A stretch of 63,966 bases of DNA, filler included, from Craspedostauros australis (taxonomy: Eukaryota), in assembly GCA_030167865.1 (NCBI GenBank). It is 13 parts of 13 records of this genome, joined end to end, with 100 filler letters (N's around TTAATTAATTAA, not from the genome) between each part and the next. Parts side by side here need not be neighbours in the genome. Positions count along the whole stretch, not along the records: positions 1 to 21,922 come from JALAGF010000687.1; 12 more parts are not named here. One strand, 5' to 3'. This document shows, in pieces, positions 1 to 10,933 of the stretch; positions within the stretch are counted from its first letter, which is position 1; every line of letters begins with the position of its first letter. The notes under the pieces were generated by a model, which was not told the DNA's origin, made no database searches, and saw only the letters and a list, made by a program, of their open reading frames with translations. A program made the position numbers and the translations under genes.

Positions 1-148
1 ATTTGCGTGTGGGTGCTTGGAAGCAAACAACGAAGAAGCAGCTGTTGTGTTACCAAGTTGTCATGTTAGGAAGGCGTTAGTAGATGTTATGCGCCATGTT
101 TCAAATAACGACAATCTTGTGCAGAACTTGACTTGCATCCGCGACAGC

Positions 149-270
149 ATTCAGACTTTCAGAATGGATTCAGAACGGAGTCAGAACGGATTCAGAACTT
201 CAGAAGTTCTGATTCAGAACTTCAGAAGTTCTGATTCTGAATTCAGAATGAGCAGTCTGATTCAGAACGG
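149..270. repeat. Cluster of TTCAGAA/TTCTGA motifs with internal palindromes
   Basis: About ten copies of (T)TCAGAA in ~120 bp, including two tandem copies of TCAGAACTTCAGAAGTTCTGA, whose ends (TCAGAACTT / AAGTTCTGA) are complementary. Confidence 0.75.
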
Positions 271-940
271 TGACAGGAAGACACTCAAGTGTTCCGTGTT
301 GGCTGGCCTGTCCTGCTCTCTAACCGTTACGCAATTGTCCAAACCGTTATATTCAGTCTCCAAGCATGTTTCGGAAGGATTGAAACGCGAACCCACGAAA
401 ATGATGTAATACGAGTCTAATGAGTCAAATAAAACCGTCTTATTTATCCACGACTAATCCAAGTACCGGACGGTCCAGGCGTCGATGTCACAAATGCGCG
501 AGGCGACGTGATGGGTTTTGGCCGGAAGAGTGCTTGAAATGGACGCGCATGGTACATCCTCGTAGTCGTAATGCACGGCGGCCATACACACAAATTCATG
601 GAAGTAAGCGATGTGACTAAGCAGAACCTAGTTCAACAAGCCGAACGCAATGCTGATTATTGAAAAAGCACTACGTCCATGTTCGCACATGATCATTCCC
701 TTCCTTCGTTGGCTCAAGATCTGCGGCCTCCATTCTCAGTGGTAGTATTGCCCGTCCATTTCTCTTTCTAAACTTGATAGAAATGTCGTCGGATCTTCCT
801 GTCTTTCCTTCTCGTGCATCGAGTGCCTTCGCAATTCGACGGCTCCACCATTCAGGATATAGTGTTCTCCCATGCTCTGATTGCGAGAACGAATGAAATC
901 CTCGTAGAGAGCGCTGTCACATATGTGAGTGCGAAGTTCA

Positions 941-2677
941 TCAGAGCCCGGCTTCTTCCGGTGTCTGCGCCTGTATTTGAATTGCATGGACCTGCGGCAT
1001 GACATCGCCGAGCATCATGTAAATGATCTGATGGCGCTTCACCAAATTGAGATTGGTGAAGCAATCCGCCACGATTTCCAAATCGAAATGAGATTCGCCG
1101 CCCATATCATTGCCAGAATACTGATGGGAGGTGTTCGTCAGCTTGAGGATGGACGGTTTCAGCGTCTTCATGGCCGTTAGGATGGCGTTGTACTTGGGTC
1201 CCTTGCCGGAGTCGCTGGTGGCCACCCTGTCATTGCTGTCGCTCACGTACTCGATGGAACCGACGTTGTCGGTTTCGCCGTCAATCTCGATGCCGGGGCC
1301 GTCATCCTTGTAATTATCGGCAGCATCCATCTGTCCACTGACATCAGGTGCGGGCTTGGGTTCTGGCGCCTTCACGACGACCGTCTCTGGCAGCGACTCT
1401 GCGACCGACTGGAAGACGGGGTCCGGGCCGGACGGGGTCGCAGGTGCTGCTTTTGGTGGCGGCGAAGTAACGGCAGCAGCAGCTGGCGCAGCAGGAGTAG
1501 CCGGAGGGAAATCGAAGCTGGGGTTTGGATCTGCCTCCGCCTGCTCCGTCATTTGATAGCTGAACTGAGGCGTTGCAGATTCAGCCTTCGGTGTTGCTTT
1601 TGGCTTGGCGTCTTCCTTCTTTTCATCATCTTTCTTGGCGTCCTTCTTGTCGCCTTTGCTGTCGGCAGATGTAACCTTCTCACTTTTGCTCTTTTTGGCG
1701 TCTTCGTCTTCGTCATCATCATCATCATCGTCATCGTCTTTCTTTGTTTCTTCCACAATCTTTGGAACGGGAGGAGACTTGGCGGCGGCATCAATGAGCT
1801 GCGCCTTGTGCTTCATCATCGCCAGCATGTTCAAGAAGCCATTGTTTCTGCCCGGCGTCAAGGATTGGGAAATTCCGGCCGCCTTGATGAATTCCGGGTT
1901 GACTCTCTGGATGGCTGCCGCAGTGTTGCCAGACATACCACTGAAAACGAATGAATTGGTGGAAAGCAAATGAAAATGACGCAAACAAATAATCGAACAA
2001 CGGAGACATGAGAGACTGTCTCGGAATCTGGTGCCTTGTAGATGCATTGGTGGTGTGCGCGTTGTTGAAACAGGCAATAGCATGCCGCTGTCGCAATGTG
2101 ATCCTTCACAGACACATCAATGCTGGCATGACAGAACCATCAATGCAACACAATAATGAAATACTCTGTGTTACATAGAGCGCAACTTGAATCAAATTGC
2201 AATCCGCGCAGAGCACATAGAGAGCAACATAACTCACCGAATCAACAAGGCCACGAGTCCGGCCGTGAGCAATCCATCGGAGTCACCGACGAAATCGATG
2301 ACGAAGTCGTTGAGCTTGGGATTGTACTTGGCGGTTCCGTCGATGTAGACGGTGGAGAGGCAGCCAGGGACCTTGTTCTCTGGGGTCTTGGAAGATTCGT
2401 CCATCTTTTTGACCTCTTCGGAGTTGCTGCCCATGTACAGGAGCTGCTTGTTGCGCATGTCGTCGCTGGGGATGAGCTGGAAACCTTCCACGAGCCTTCG
2501 CAGTTCCGGCGTGAGCCCAAGGTCGACCTTTTGGGCATTGCCGTCGAAGGATGACGCCAGCAATGTCGTTGTGGAGCACGACGGTTGGGAAGTGCCCGTC
2601 ATCGCGGCGGGACGCTCCAGTACGAATGCATCGGAGACGGTTGCCAACGCGCAAACTGCGAGGAATGAGAGCTTCAT
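941..2677 (-). CDS. SUFE1: Plastid-targeted SufE-BolA fusion (SufE1-like cysteine desulfurase activator); 2 exons: 2677-2238 and 1940-941
   Basis: Signal peptide with ASAFAP-like cleavage (MKLSFLAVCALATVSDA-FVL). SufE motif ENKVPGCLSTVY and FVGDSDGLLTAGLVALL. GT-AG intron 2237-1941 joins in frame (LIR|GMSGNT...LTPGRNNGFLNML). C-terminal BolA domain (SHFDLEIVADCF..NLVKRHQIIY..HAIQIQAQTPEE). Confidence 0.9.
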
Positions 2678-2883
2678 TGTGGCCGAGCTGGGTTGGAGGA
2701 TGCTTGTATTTGTAGTCTACGAGGCTGGATTGGCTGCGTTGGCTGCGCCTTGATCGAGTGTACCTGTCTTCCAAGTCTGAAATCAGAGTTGAACAAGGAA
2801 GATGACGATTGGTTGCCTTGATCAGTTGATGGCGTACGACTACTCGTGGCTGATGGATCGGACGTCTCTGTGGTGGGGATGCT

Positions 2884-2907
2884 GTCTCTCTCTCTCTCTC
2901 TCTCTCT
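2884..2907. repeat. (CT)n microsatellite
   Basis: Direct reading of ctctctct run. Confidence 0.85.
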
Positions 2908-3930
2908 TGTGGATCCGCCTGTTCTCCATTTCTTCCGGATGAAGGAAGAGTGGACTCACCACCACCACCAACACCAACACTCACACTCGCATCAACGCTC
3001 GCACTCCCATCCACGACATCATCATTTGGCTGCAACCGCATCGTTCATTGTTCTCTGGAACTCCACGAAACCCATTCCGATTTGTGACGTTGTTTCGAGT
3101 CATCGGCTGTTCTGATGACGTCATCTCTATAGTCGGACTGATCAAAGTGTTGATAATCGACCGATGCGATTACATCTTCATGGTCTGTCCATCTACCGCT
3201 TGCTTGACTCCCTCTTCTTGCTCTTGACTCGACACGTGAACAAATACGATCCTCAGCCGCATCCACGATCCAATCCAGCCCTCACCGTTGTTGCAGGAAC
3301 AAGCAGTGAAGTGTACCTTGGCTGCGCACCCACGAGCGCGGTACAGGTAGAACACCGCGATTGGTTGGTTGGCGGAGATGGTCGATGTTGTGTTCTTGTG
3401 CGTCGGTGCGAGCGTGTTGTTTTTCTCTTCCCTTCTCTTCGTTTTCCCTTCTTTTGAGTGATCGTGGTGAAGTGATCGTGGGCTGGGTGCTCGCAACAAC
3501 CACCACGCTGCTACGTGTTGTAAGCAACGCGAGACGTTGGTGGGGCATCAATCATCACCCGTTTGTTGGCCGACAGAAAGGTGACGGATCGACGGTAGGT
3601 ACCTCCCAGCAAGTGATCACCCTCATGGCTGTTTACTGATTGTCATCCTTCCCTACGACTCCTCGTCCACTCTTCCACACGACCACGACTACTCCATCTG
3701 CCACACACACGAGTTCACCTACCATCATCTGCTCGACGTCCCATCTCATCTCATCCTTTCCACATCCTCGCCTGCAATTGCTCAAGTTGTCGTCGTGGAA
3801 GTTGGATCTTGTGAACGATACCACGCCTCACGTTTGTGGAACTTGTTCATCGCCGATCACGGACTGCGGTACAGGCGAACGAGCCCTGGGACTCCACGCG
3901 TGCTTCGTCTGTGAAGATACAACTGCCACA

Positions 3931-3966
3931 TCATAGATCGTGTCATAGATCGTGTCATAGATCGTG
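3931..3966 (+). repeat. 3 x 12-bp tandem repeat TCATAGATCGTG upstream of the DUF6824 gene
   Basis: Perfect copies at 3931, 3943 and 3955, about 100 bp before ATG 4064. Confidence 0.85.
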
Positions 3967-4063
3967 ACGATACCCGGCCATAGCGATAAAAAGAGTGCAT
4001 ATAATAGGTCGTAGAGGACTGCACCTTCTCTCACAATCTCAGCCTCCAGTCCTTCCCAACATC

Positions 4064-5617
4064 ATGGTGACGCCGATTTCCAAATTTCATTCCAGTTCAA
4101 AGGTCCAAGGCGCGGCCATGCCACTGCCGCCATCCTCGCTGCGGTCGCCGTCGCAACCATCTGCTGGACAGCCAAGCCGCGTCTCCAGAGGCCAAGGATC
4201 CAAGCCAAAGCCGGACGTTGAGCACGAGGAAACACCCGCCTCGTTCAGGCCCACCCTTCAACTGCCACAACAAACGCGTGGTGCTGGCGCCATGATGGAT
4301 CAGCCGCAGACGATCGCAGAGCAACTGCCGGCAGCCATCCAAGTCACCCCCAACTCCAACGACACCTTCATCTCGCACATGCCGAGACTCCCGATCGTCC
4401 AAGGCCTCGTGTCGGCATCGTCATCGAGACACGTTTTTCTTCCAACGCGAAACACGAACCAACCACCCTCATTGCAGATTCGCACGGTCTCCAATCCAGA
4501 ACGGGAGCATCGCTCGGCCTTCCACAATCCAGCCCGCCTCCGCGCGCAGCTTGATCATCAATCGGAGGTCTCACAACGTTCCTTCCACTATTATGGTCAT
4601 CCCAACGACGGCACCACGCCCATCGTGAATCCATCTTCGCGATCGTCATCTTCTTCTTCATCGTTACCGACACAACCAACCACAGACACGCACGAGCTGT
4701 GCACAACGAAACCATCCTTTGTGACGCAGCCAGTGCGACGCTTCAAGCCAAAACGCCGATCGTCGGAGCAGTTCCCTGCCAGCATCACGAACAAACGCAT
4801 GAAGTCAACGGAATGCATCCTGTTTGCCGCAGCGCTTCTGGAAGCTGCGGACCACGTGGGCGACGAACAGCAGCTGAAGGAAGTCGTGCAACATATGGAT
4901 GGCTGTTTGGATGAGCATGGGGAAGAGGTCCCAGTCTCAGTGTCGTCACGATCGACGTCATCTTCGTCATCACCGCCGGTGCCTCAAGCAACAACTGTTC
5001 CAAAGCCAACGCCAGCACCACCAAAACCCAAGTATAAGCAAAGGCCAAAGCCACTCCCCAAGTCGCTCAAGAAGAAGAGAAGGTTGGAATCTCCGGGTAC
5101 GAATACGCAACCACGTATGCCAAGCGATGATCACGAGGAAGAACAACCAAAGATACAACCAACAGGAAAACGGAAGGACAAAGCCAGCAAGGATCTCAAA
5201 CAGGCACATAGGCAACCGCCCAACCCAAAACAAGAACAGGAAGAGCACAATAACACCAACGAGAATGGCGATGACGACGATGCCAACACCACCGTCTCCG
5301 ACCCCCAGGACAACGACGTCCTCTGCGGACGCGGAGGTTTCATCAACCGCCATCCCGGCAACATCGTGTACCGCAAGGTCGTGGATCACAACAAGATCTT
5401 CTACCAGAAGGTGCAGAAGAAGTACCGCATCCTCGTCAGCCAATCCATCGTGCAGTCGATCCTGAATCACGGCGGTCGGTTCCTCATGTCACGCAATCGT
5501 CACTGGCTGCCGATCGACTTCAAGCGCGCCGTGCAGAAGACGAGTCAGGCGTTGCGCGAGCGGAACACAGGGACGGCGATGCAAGAGGTCGAGCCGGAGG
5601 TTGGGGTCACTGCTTAG
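4064..5617 (+). CDS. DUF6824-domain protein (diatom-expanded family) with long disordered N-terminus
   Basis: C-terminal DVLCGRGGFINRHPGNIVYRKVV...SIVQSILNHGGRFL...KTSQALRE matches the DUF6824 signature. First ATG of the ORF is at 4064. Confidence 0.85.
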   Translation: MVTPISKFHSSSKVQGAAMPLPPSSLRSPSQPSAGQPSRVSRGQGSKPKPDVEHEETPASFRPTLQLPQQTRGAGAMMDQPQTIAEQLPAAIQVTPNSNDTFISHMPRLPIVQGLVSASSSRHVFLPTRNTNQPPSLQIRTVSNPEREHRSAFHNPARLRAQLDHQSEVSQRSFHYYGHPNDGTTPIVNPSSRSSSSSSSLPTQPTTDTHELCTTKPSFVTQPVRRFKPKRRSSEQFPASITNKRMKSTECILFAAALLEAADHVGDEQQLKEVVQHMDGCLDEHGEEVPVSVSSRSTSSSSSPPVPQATTVPKPTPAPPKPKYKQRPKPLPKSLKKKRRLESPGTNTQPRMPSDDHEEEQPKIQPTGKRKDKASKDLKQAHRQPPNPKQEQEEHNNTNENGDDDDANTTVSDPQDNDVLCGRGGFINRHPGNIVYRKVVDHNKIFYQKVQKKYRILVSQSIVQSILNHGGRFLMSRNRHWLPIDFKRAVQKTSQALRERNTGTAMQEVEPEVGVTA

Positions 5618-6088
5618 AGCCGAACGTTTGCGTCGAGACCGCCTCTTCGGGAGGCAGTAGATACTACACTTACATAGATATTATATACAAAGCCATTTTT
5701 ATATAGCACTTCCTTGTACATATGTTGCGTGTTGTGCTGCTCGCACATCTTATCGAGTTGGATGGATGGATGTACAAAGTGGGAGTAGTTGTATGTGCGG
5801 ATGCTCTACGATCTGCTCCACGACAGAATCGAATCACACCCACCACGGAAACATGTGTTGTTTGATTCGTATCTTTCCAGTCCTCTCCACAAACCCGAAT
5901 CGTGCACTCCAACAAATGTTACCGAAACCCAAGGCCAAAAGAGAGCATCCAGGAACAACGACAGCGAATGGCCTTCCGCTTCCTGTCTCGCACATTTGCA
6001 CATACCTACCATACTCATCCTCGCAATTGCAGGACAGTGCCACAATTCATCTATCCATCCATCGCTGCAGCTCGATACAGGATCAACA

Positions 6089-9000
6089 ATGGACGAACTT
6101 GCCAACGAAATACTGCAATCCAGCGGCGTCAAGCCATCGCAAGATGAGACCTTGTCACCGATGGATCAGCTCGAGGCGTGGTTGGATCTTCCAGAAGCCT
6201 CCGCAGCGACGATGACGTTCGATCTTGATCCAGTCCTATTGACAACATCCATGGAGGATTGCGCCCCGCTGCCAGATGAAGCGTATCAGAAACTGGGCGA
6301 CATGCTGTGCGCGGTTTGGAAACCAAAAGATACCAAGCTGCATCACATCAACACTCTCATCGATCAGCATTGGGATGATCCCTTGGAGCAGGCCGATCTG
6401 TACGCGGCCATGGATGCCGTGCGTGCAACCCGAATGGTGCGGCATTGGATGGATCTCAACATTCAAGGCAGCAACAGTATCACCAACATGGATGCCGCCG
6501 TTCCAGCATCCGAGCAACAAGCAGAGATGGAGACGAATGAAGGCAACGCTGAAACAAACGAAGAAAGATTCAAAGGCGACAACGAACATGATACCCTGTC
6601 GACCAAGCTACTGGCTGTCACGACAGAAACCGACGGGCATGCGCTGCAACCGCTGATATCGGCGCTGTACTATCACATCGAGCAGCTCCCGCAATTGCAA
6701 ACCCAGATCCATCTGTACTCGCAATCCTTGACGAAGCCGGGTGCATTGAAGACGAAAGCACAAGCAAGCTCAACGCCAACGGCCACAAATAGCATGCCAT
6801 CCTCCACCCGGACAACGGGCCTCGATTCGCAGGCTGCAATATCCCGAATGGGACAGTATGCCACAGTGCAGCGCATAAGAGACCGCCTTCTGAAGCAATG
6901 GGACGAGCACACGACTCGCTTGGAAAGCATCATCGGGGAATGGTACGAAAGCCAACCCAGCAACATTCGCACACAGTGCCGATCACACTTGGGTAGAGTG
7001 TTCGCGTCCTTCCTCGCGTCTTCCGGTGCTGGCGGCATACGCACGGAAAACACGACTTCGAGCGGAGTGCAGATCACACTGCGCGTTCTGCTGCGAATCC
7101 TCAAGGGCATGGACAGGATCGACAAGCGCTCCTGCGATCACCTTCTCGTCAATCATCTCATCCCGCTGCACAAGCCCAATTCGATGGTGTTGTGGCGTGA
7201 TCAGGTCTGTTTGCTGGAGCTGTACCACGAACCGCTCGTGCAATGCATCGCGACGTTGCTGCAAAAACGACCAGCATGGATCCAAGCGGTGATCGCGGCG
7301 CTGTTGGACACCGACATTTGGCCAAAGAGCAGTAGCAATACGCCCAAGCTGGTTCTGCTCCTGCATGAAGTCGATACCTACATTGGGATCATGTCAACCG
7401 ACGATGGGACATTTCAGAGGGATGCCCTGGGCACGGCGCTCGTACCCCTGTTGACGACGCTGGGTCGTTGCATGGCATCGGAACATTCCCGATTAGCCGA
7501 GCGGGCCTTGACGTTCTTCAAGAACAAATCCTTCCAGACGTTGGTTGAACTCAACTTTCAACAGTCCATCTACATCCTGCTTCCCTTCTTGATCCGCAAC
7601 GAGCCATCCTGGAACCCGACCGTGCGCAAGATGACCTACAATGTACTGAAGCACTTTGAAGATCATGATGCTGAGATGTTCTTCTCCACATGTGATCGGG
7701 TGTTCCGCAACAAGGTCGAAGATGTGCGCTTGGCCAATGGTGATTCCACAGTGCACAACACCGTTGGAGGCGCCGGCATCAGCGCTAGCCCCAGCAGCAC
7801 AAACGGCACGAAGAAAGGACGAGCCGTGCAGATGTCGACCAGCGATCCCAACGCTCCCTCCGTCTCGGACTTCTCACTCAAGGCGGGTATGGGCAATTGG
7901 AAGCCAACAGCGTTGCCGAAATCGTCGCATACATCACAACAGCTGCCAAAGGCGAACTTGACGCCGCCACCCTCGAAACAGTTTCCGAAACCGCCATCTC
8001 GCAGTGGTGGAGGGGCAACTCCCCCTCTCACCGTCACTGGTGTAGCACCGTGGGCGATAAACCGTCAGCAGCAAAAACTGCCGGGATCGTCACGTGCTGG
8101 TGTCGCTGCATCCATGCCAAAGGGCTTGGGACGCACAGCAACGAAGGCACCGCCACTCACGGTGACGGGAGTTGCTCCGTGGGCGATCAAGAGGAATGCC
8201 TCACCGCTGAAGCAACCGCGCACGGACAAGGCGGTCTGCATTTCGTCTGGGAACGAGGCGAGCGGACACAGTAACGATGATGTCAGCCCATCGCAACGTA
8301 CTGGACGTGACCACGTCAAGGACTACATGACGAAGATCAAGCCTTTGCAAGAAAAGAATGGATCCTCGCCATGGGCCAAAGCCCAAATGGCTGAAAGTCC
8401 CACATTGCTGCCCAACCTCAAGTTCCATGATCTGGTGTTCGGTCACGAGCTCGGGCATGGAGCATTCGGTTCCGTCAAGTATGCCCGCCTGATCAACAAG
8501 ACCAAGACACGCTCGCATTGGGCAGAGTATGCGATCAAGGTTGTCTCCACCGAGAAAATCAAAGAGCTGGGCTATGAACGATCTGTACAACGAGAAATCT
8601 CCGTTCTGAGAATCTTCTCACATCCCGGCATCGCGCGTCTCATCTCCTCCTTCCGGTTCAAGGAGGGGGTCTACCTCCTGCTGGAGTACGCCAATGGAGG
8701 CGACTTGCACTCCTTGTTGCGTAAGAATGGATCCTTGGACGAAGAATCCACGCGGTTTGTGGTGGGTGAGATTGTGGCTGCCATCTCCAGCATCCACGAG
8801 TTGGGATTCGTGTTCGGTGATCTGAAACCCGAGAATGTGGTCATCACTGAGACGGGGCACATCAAGTTGACCGATTTTGGAGGATGCCGCCCTATCACAG
8901 CGGAGGCAAAGAGGAAGGTCGCGTCGAGCTCCAAGAACCTGCTGCAAGATATTCGCGATGGTGGCTGGAAGTCCTCCTTCCAGAAACAAACAGCGGCAGT

Positions 9001-9796
9001 CAGCAGCTCATTCCAAGGCAATGGCAAAAATGATCATGACGAGGATGCTGGTTGGGGAAGTGGCAGCGCAAACCACAATGGAGATGATGCCGACGGCCAT
9101 GGAGATTCCATCCCGAAAGGTGAAGTGGCTACAAATGAAGAGGAAGAGGAAGAAGAAGAAGATCATCGCATCGAGGGAACCACAGCCTACCTCCCGCCGG
9201 AAGTGGTACTTGGCGGGATTCCGACGCTATCGGCGGATTCGTGGGCGTTGGGTTGCGTGCTGTTCCAGTGCCTCGCCGGCCGGCCACCGATCCTGGAGGA
9301 TGATGATGAGGCCACGAAGCACAGGATCGTCACATTTGATTCCAATTTCGACACGCCGCATACACCTCAGCACAGCCTATTCGGCGACGAGCACTCGTCA
9401 TCGATATCATCCGTTGCGCAGAAACTCATCTTATGTCTATTGCACAAAATCCCGTCCAACCGGCCTGGCATGCCGCAGGTCGCACGTGACGCCTTCTTTG
9501 AGCAGGTGGACGTCTATGACTTGCATCGACAGAAGCCGCCTGTGTTGGATGTTGGTGAAGTTGCGCCCGTGCCCGATGCGCAATGGTCAAGGCGTCAATT
9601 CAGCTCCATCTGGGCGCCGCAGCCGAAGGCGTACGATATTGGAACAGCGCCGAAGCAGCGGCAGAAGCATTCGCTGATTCCCACGCATCCGATTGCGGAA
9701 GGCGGCGAGAGAGGTGCTCTGTTTTCCACGGCGATACTCCGCTGCCAGAACGGCGAAGTACGTCACATCTCAGAGCTCCTGCCGCTCCCGTCGTAG
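6089..9796 (+). CDS. PP2A B56(B')-like domain fused to a PDK1-like/AGC Ser/Thr kinase domain, single exon
   Basis: B56-like segment: HLIPLHKP..YHEPLVQCI..IWPK..PKLVLLLHEV..RCMASEHSRLAERAL..SWNPTVRKMTYNVLKHF. Kinase: LGHGAFGSV, YAIK, LEYANGGDL, GDLKPEN, DFG, GTTAYLPPE, DSWALG. Start is uncertain (ORF is open from 5789; MDELANE at 6089 preferred). Confidence 0.85.
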   Translation: MDELANEILQSSGVKPSQDETLSPMDQLEAWLDLPEASAATMTFDLDPVLLTTSMEDCAPLPDEAYQKLGDMLCAVWKPKDTKLHHINTLIDQHWDDPLEQADLYAAMDAVRATRMVRHWMDLNIQGSNSITNMDAAVPASEQQAEMETNEGNAETNEERFKGDNEHDTLSTKLLAVTTETDGHALQPLISALYYHIEQLPQLQTQIHLYSQSLTKPGALKTKAQASSTPTATNSMPSSTRTTGLDSQAAISRMGQYATVQRIRDRLLKQWDEHTTRLESIIGEWYESQPSNIRTQCRSHLGRVFASFLASSGAGGIRTENTTSSGVQITLRVLLRILKGMDRIDKRSCDHLLVNHLIPLHKPNSMVLWRDQVCLLELYHEPLVQCIATLLQKRPAWIQAVIAALLDTDIWPKSSSNTPKLVLLLHEVDTYIGIMSTDDGTFQRDALGTALVPLLTTLGRCMASEHSRLAERALTFFKNKSFQTLVELNFQQSIYILLPFLIRNEPSWNPTVRKMTYNVLKHFEDHDAEMFFSTCDRVFRNKVEDVRLANGDSTVHNTVGGAGISASPSSTNGTKKGRAVQMSTSDPNAPSVSDFSLKAGMGNWKPTALPKSSHTSQQLPKANLTPPPSKQFPKPPSRSGGGATPPLTVTGVAPWAINRQQQKLPGSSRAGVAASMPKGLGRTATKAPPLTVTGVAPWAIKRNASPLKQPRTDKAVCISSGNEASGHSNDDVSPSQRTGRDHVKDYMTKIKPLQEKNGSSPWAKAQMAESPTLLPNLKFHDLVFGHELGHGAFGSVKYARLINKTKTRSHWAEYAIKVVSTEKIKELGYERSVQREISVLRIFSHPGIARLISSFRFKEGVYLLLEYANGGDLHSLLRKNGSLDEESTRFVVGEIVAAISSIHELGFVFGDLKPENVVITETGHIKLTDFGGCRPITAEAKRKVASSSKNLLQDIRDGGWKSSFQKQTAAVSSSFQGNGKNDHDEDAGWGSGSANHNGDDADGHGDSIPKGEVATNEEEEEEEEDHRIEGTTAYLPPEVVLGGIPTLSADSWALGCVLFQCLAGRPPILEDDDEATKHRIVTFDSNFDTPHTPQHSLFGDEHSSSISSVAQKLILCLLHKIPSNRPGMPQVARDAFFEQVDVYDLHRQKPPVLDVGEVAPVPDAQWSRRQFSSIWAPQPKAYDIGTAPKQRQKHSLIPTHPIAEGGERGALFSTAILRCQNGEVRHISELLPLPS

Positions 9797-10261
9797 AATG
9801 CGATGGCTCATCATCACGTTGATGGGCGACACGGCAGCTTTGATTCTCTTGCGCTCATTCATGGAAGGCGGTGGGGGTGGAAACGAAAAGCTGCACTCAT
9901 GCTCGAACAGAGTAAAGTAGAACAGAGTAGTCTCTGCACGAGTACATAGCAGTCGCATGGAACTGCTCTGCGATTCAAAACAGTGTGAATTCGTCATTGA
10001 AGATGTTATGGATATATTTATGTGGACGTACAACATGTAATTGGTGAACATTTGCGGCATCGATCACGATCTCGATGCTTGTATGGTACGAGTGCGTACG
10101 GTGCTTGTATCATGCACAGCAGTAGCGGGTGCATCCTATTCGTACATGCGCTTTGCTTTGACTTGTTGTGCCATGTCGGTTGCTGTTATGCTTTGTACCA
10201 TACATCGCGTTGTGAATTTGGTGAACTGAGACGGGTAGTCTGATGAATGCAACAAAGCTCT

Positions 10262-10933
10262 TCACTCCAACACAATCTCTTCAAATGACGCTGTGTCGCG
10301 GACCTTGACGGAATCATCCTGATCCGTACCGTCGTCATCGCCGTCGTGGTCGTCATCATCGTCATCGTCCATCAATGATGACAGCTGGTGGTGGATGAAG
10401 CCTTGCCCAGATTGCAAATGGCCTTGTGTTTCGGTGACAGAATCTCGCGAATCTCTCCGAGGTCGTTGTGCGTTGAACATCCGTCGTGGATACACCAATT
10501 CACCTGGTGAGCTGTAGCTGTGTGATACGGCGCCACATCGTTCCCCTGCATCGGTATGCCGGCGTGTGTTCCCGCCGTAGCTACCGCTGCTGCTCTCAGA
10601 TGCCAAGGACGTGGCGCTGCCATTGGCTTTCCCCTTGACCCGCATTAGCTCGCTGCGTCTATGGTCCACGCGTCCGGCCTCGGATAGTGGAGCGGGCCGT
10701 ACCTTGGCATAGTATGTTCCCCCGGTCTGCTCAAACTGCTTCTCCTCTTCGTACCGTTGCTGCATATCGAACAGACGATTGCGGTCCCATTCCTCGCGGA
10801 TTGCCCGGCGGATGGATTCCTCGTGGTCCTGCTGCCGCTGTTTCTCTTCCTGCATCTGATAGTAGCAGCACATGCCGTTCATCATGGCGCTGGAAGCCAG
10901 GTTAATGTAGCACAGTGCGTCCGTCAAAACCAT
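10262..10933 (-). CDS. Hypothetical protein, 223 aa, low complexity with short coiled coil and acidic tail
   Basis: ATG-initiated ORF preceded by a CAA-rich 5' leader typical of the other genes here. No recognisable domain. Confidence 0.55.
   Translation of the reverse strand: MVLTDALCYINLASSAMMNGMCCYYQMQEEKQRQQDHEESIRRAIREEWDRNRLFDMQQRYEEEKQFEQTGGTYYAKVRPAPLSEAGRVDHRRSELMRVKGKANGSATSLASESSSGSYGGNTRRHTDAGERCGAVSHSYSSPGELVYPRRMFNAQRPRRDSRDSVTETQGHLQSGQGFIHHQLSSLMDDDDDDDHDGDDDGTDQDDSVKVRDTASFEEIVLE

Noticed and set aside
190..240. Heat-shock element (GAA/TTC alternation)
   Set aside because: Spacing is 1 nt (GAAcTTCaGAAgTTC), not the 2 nt of canonical nGAAn arrays.
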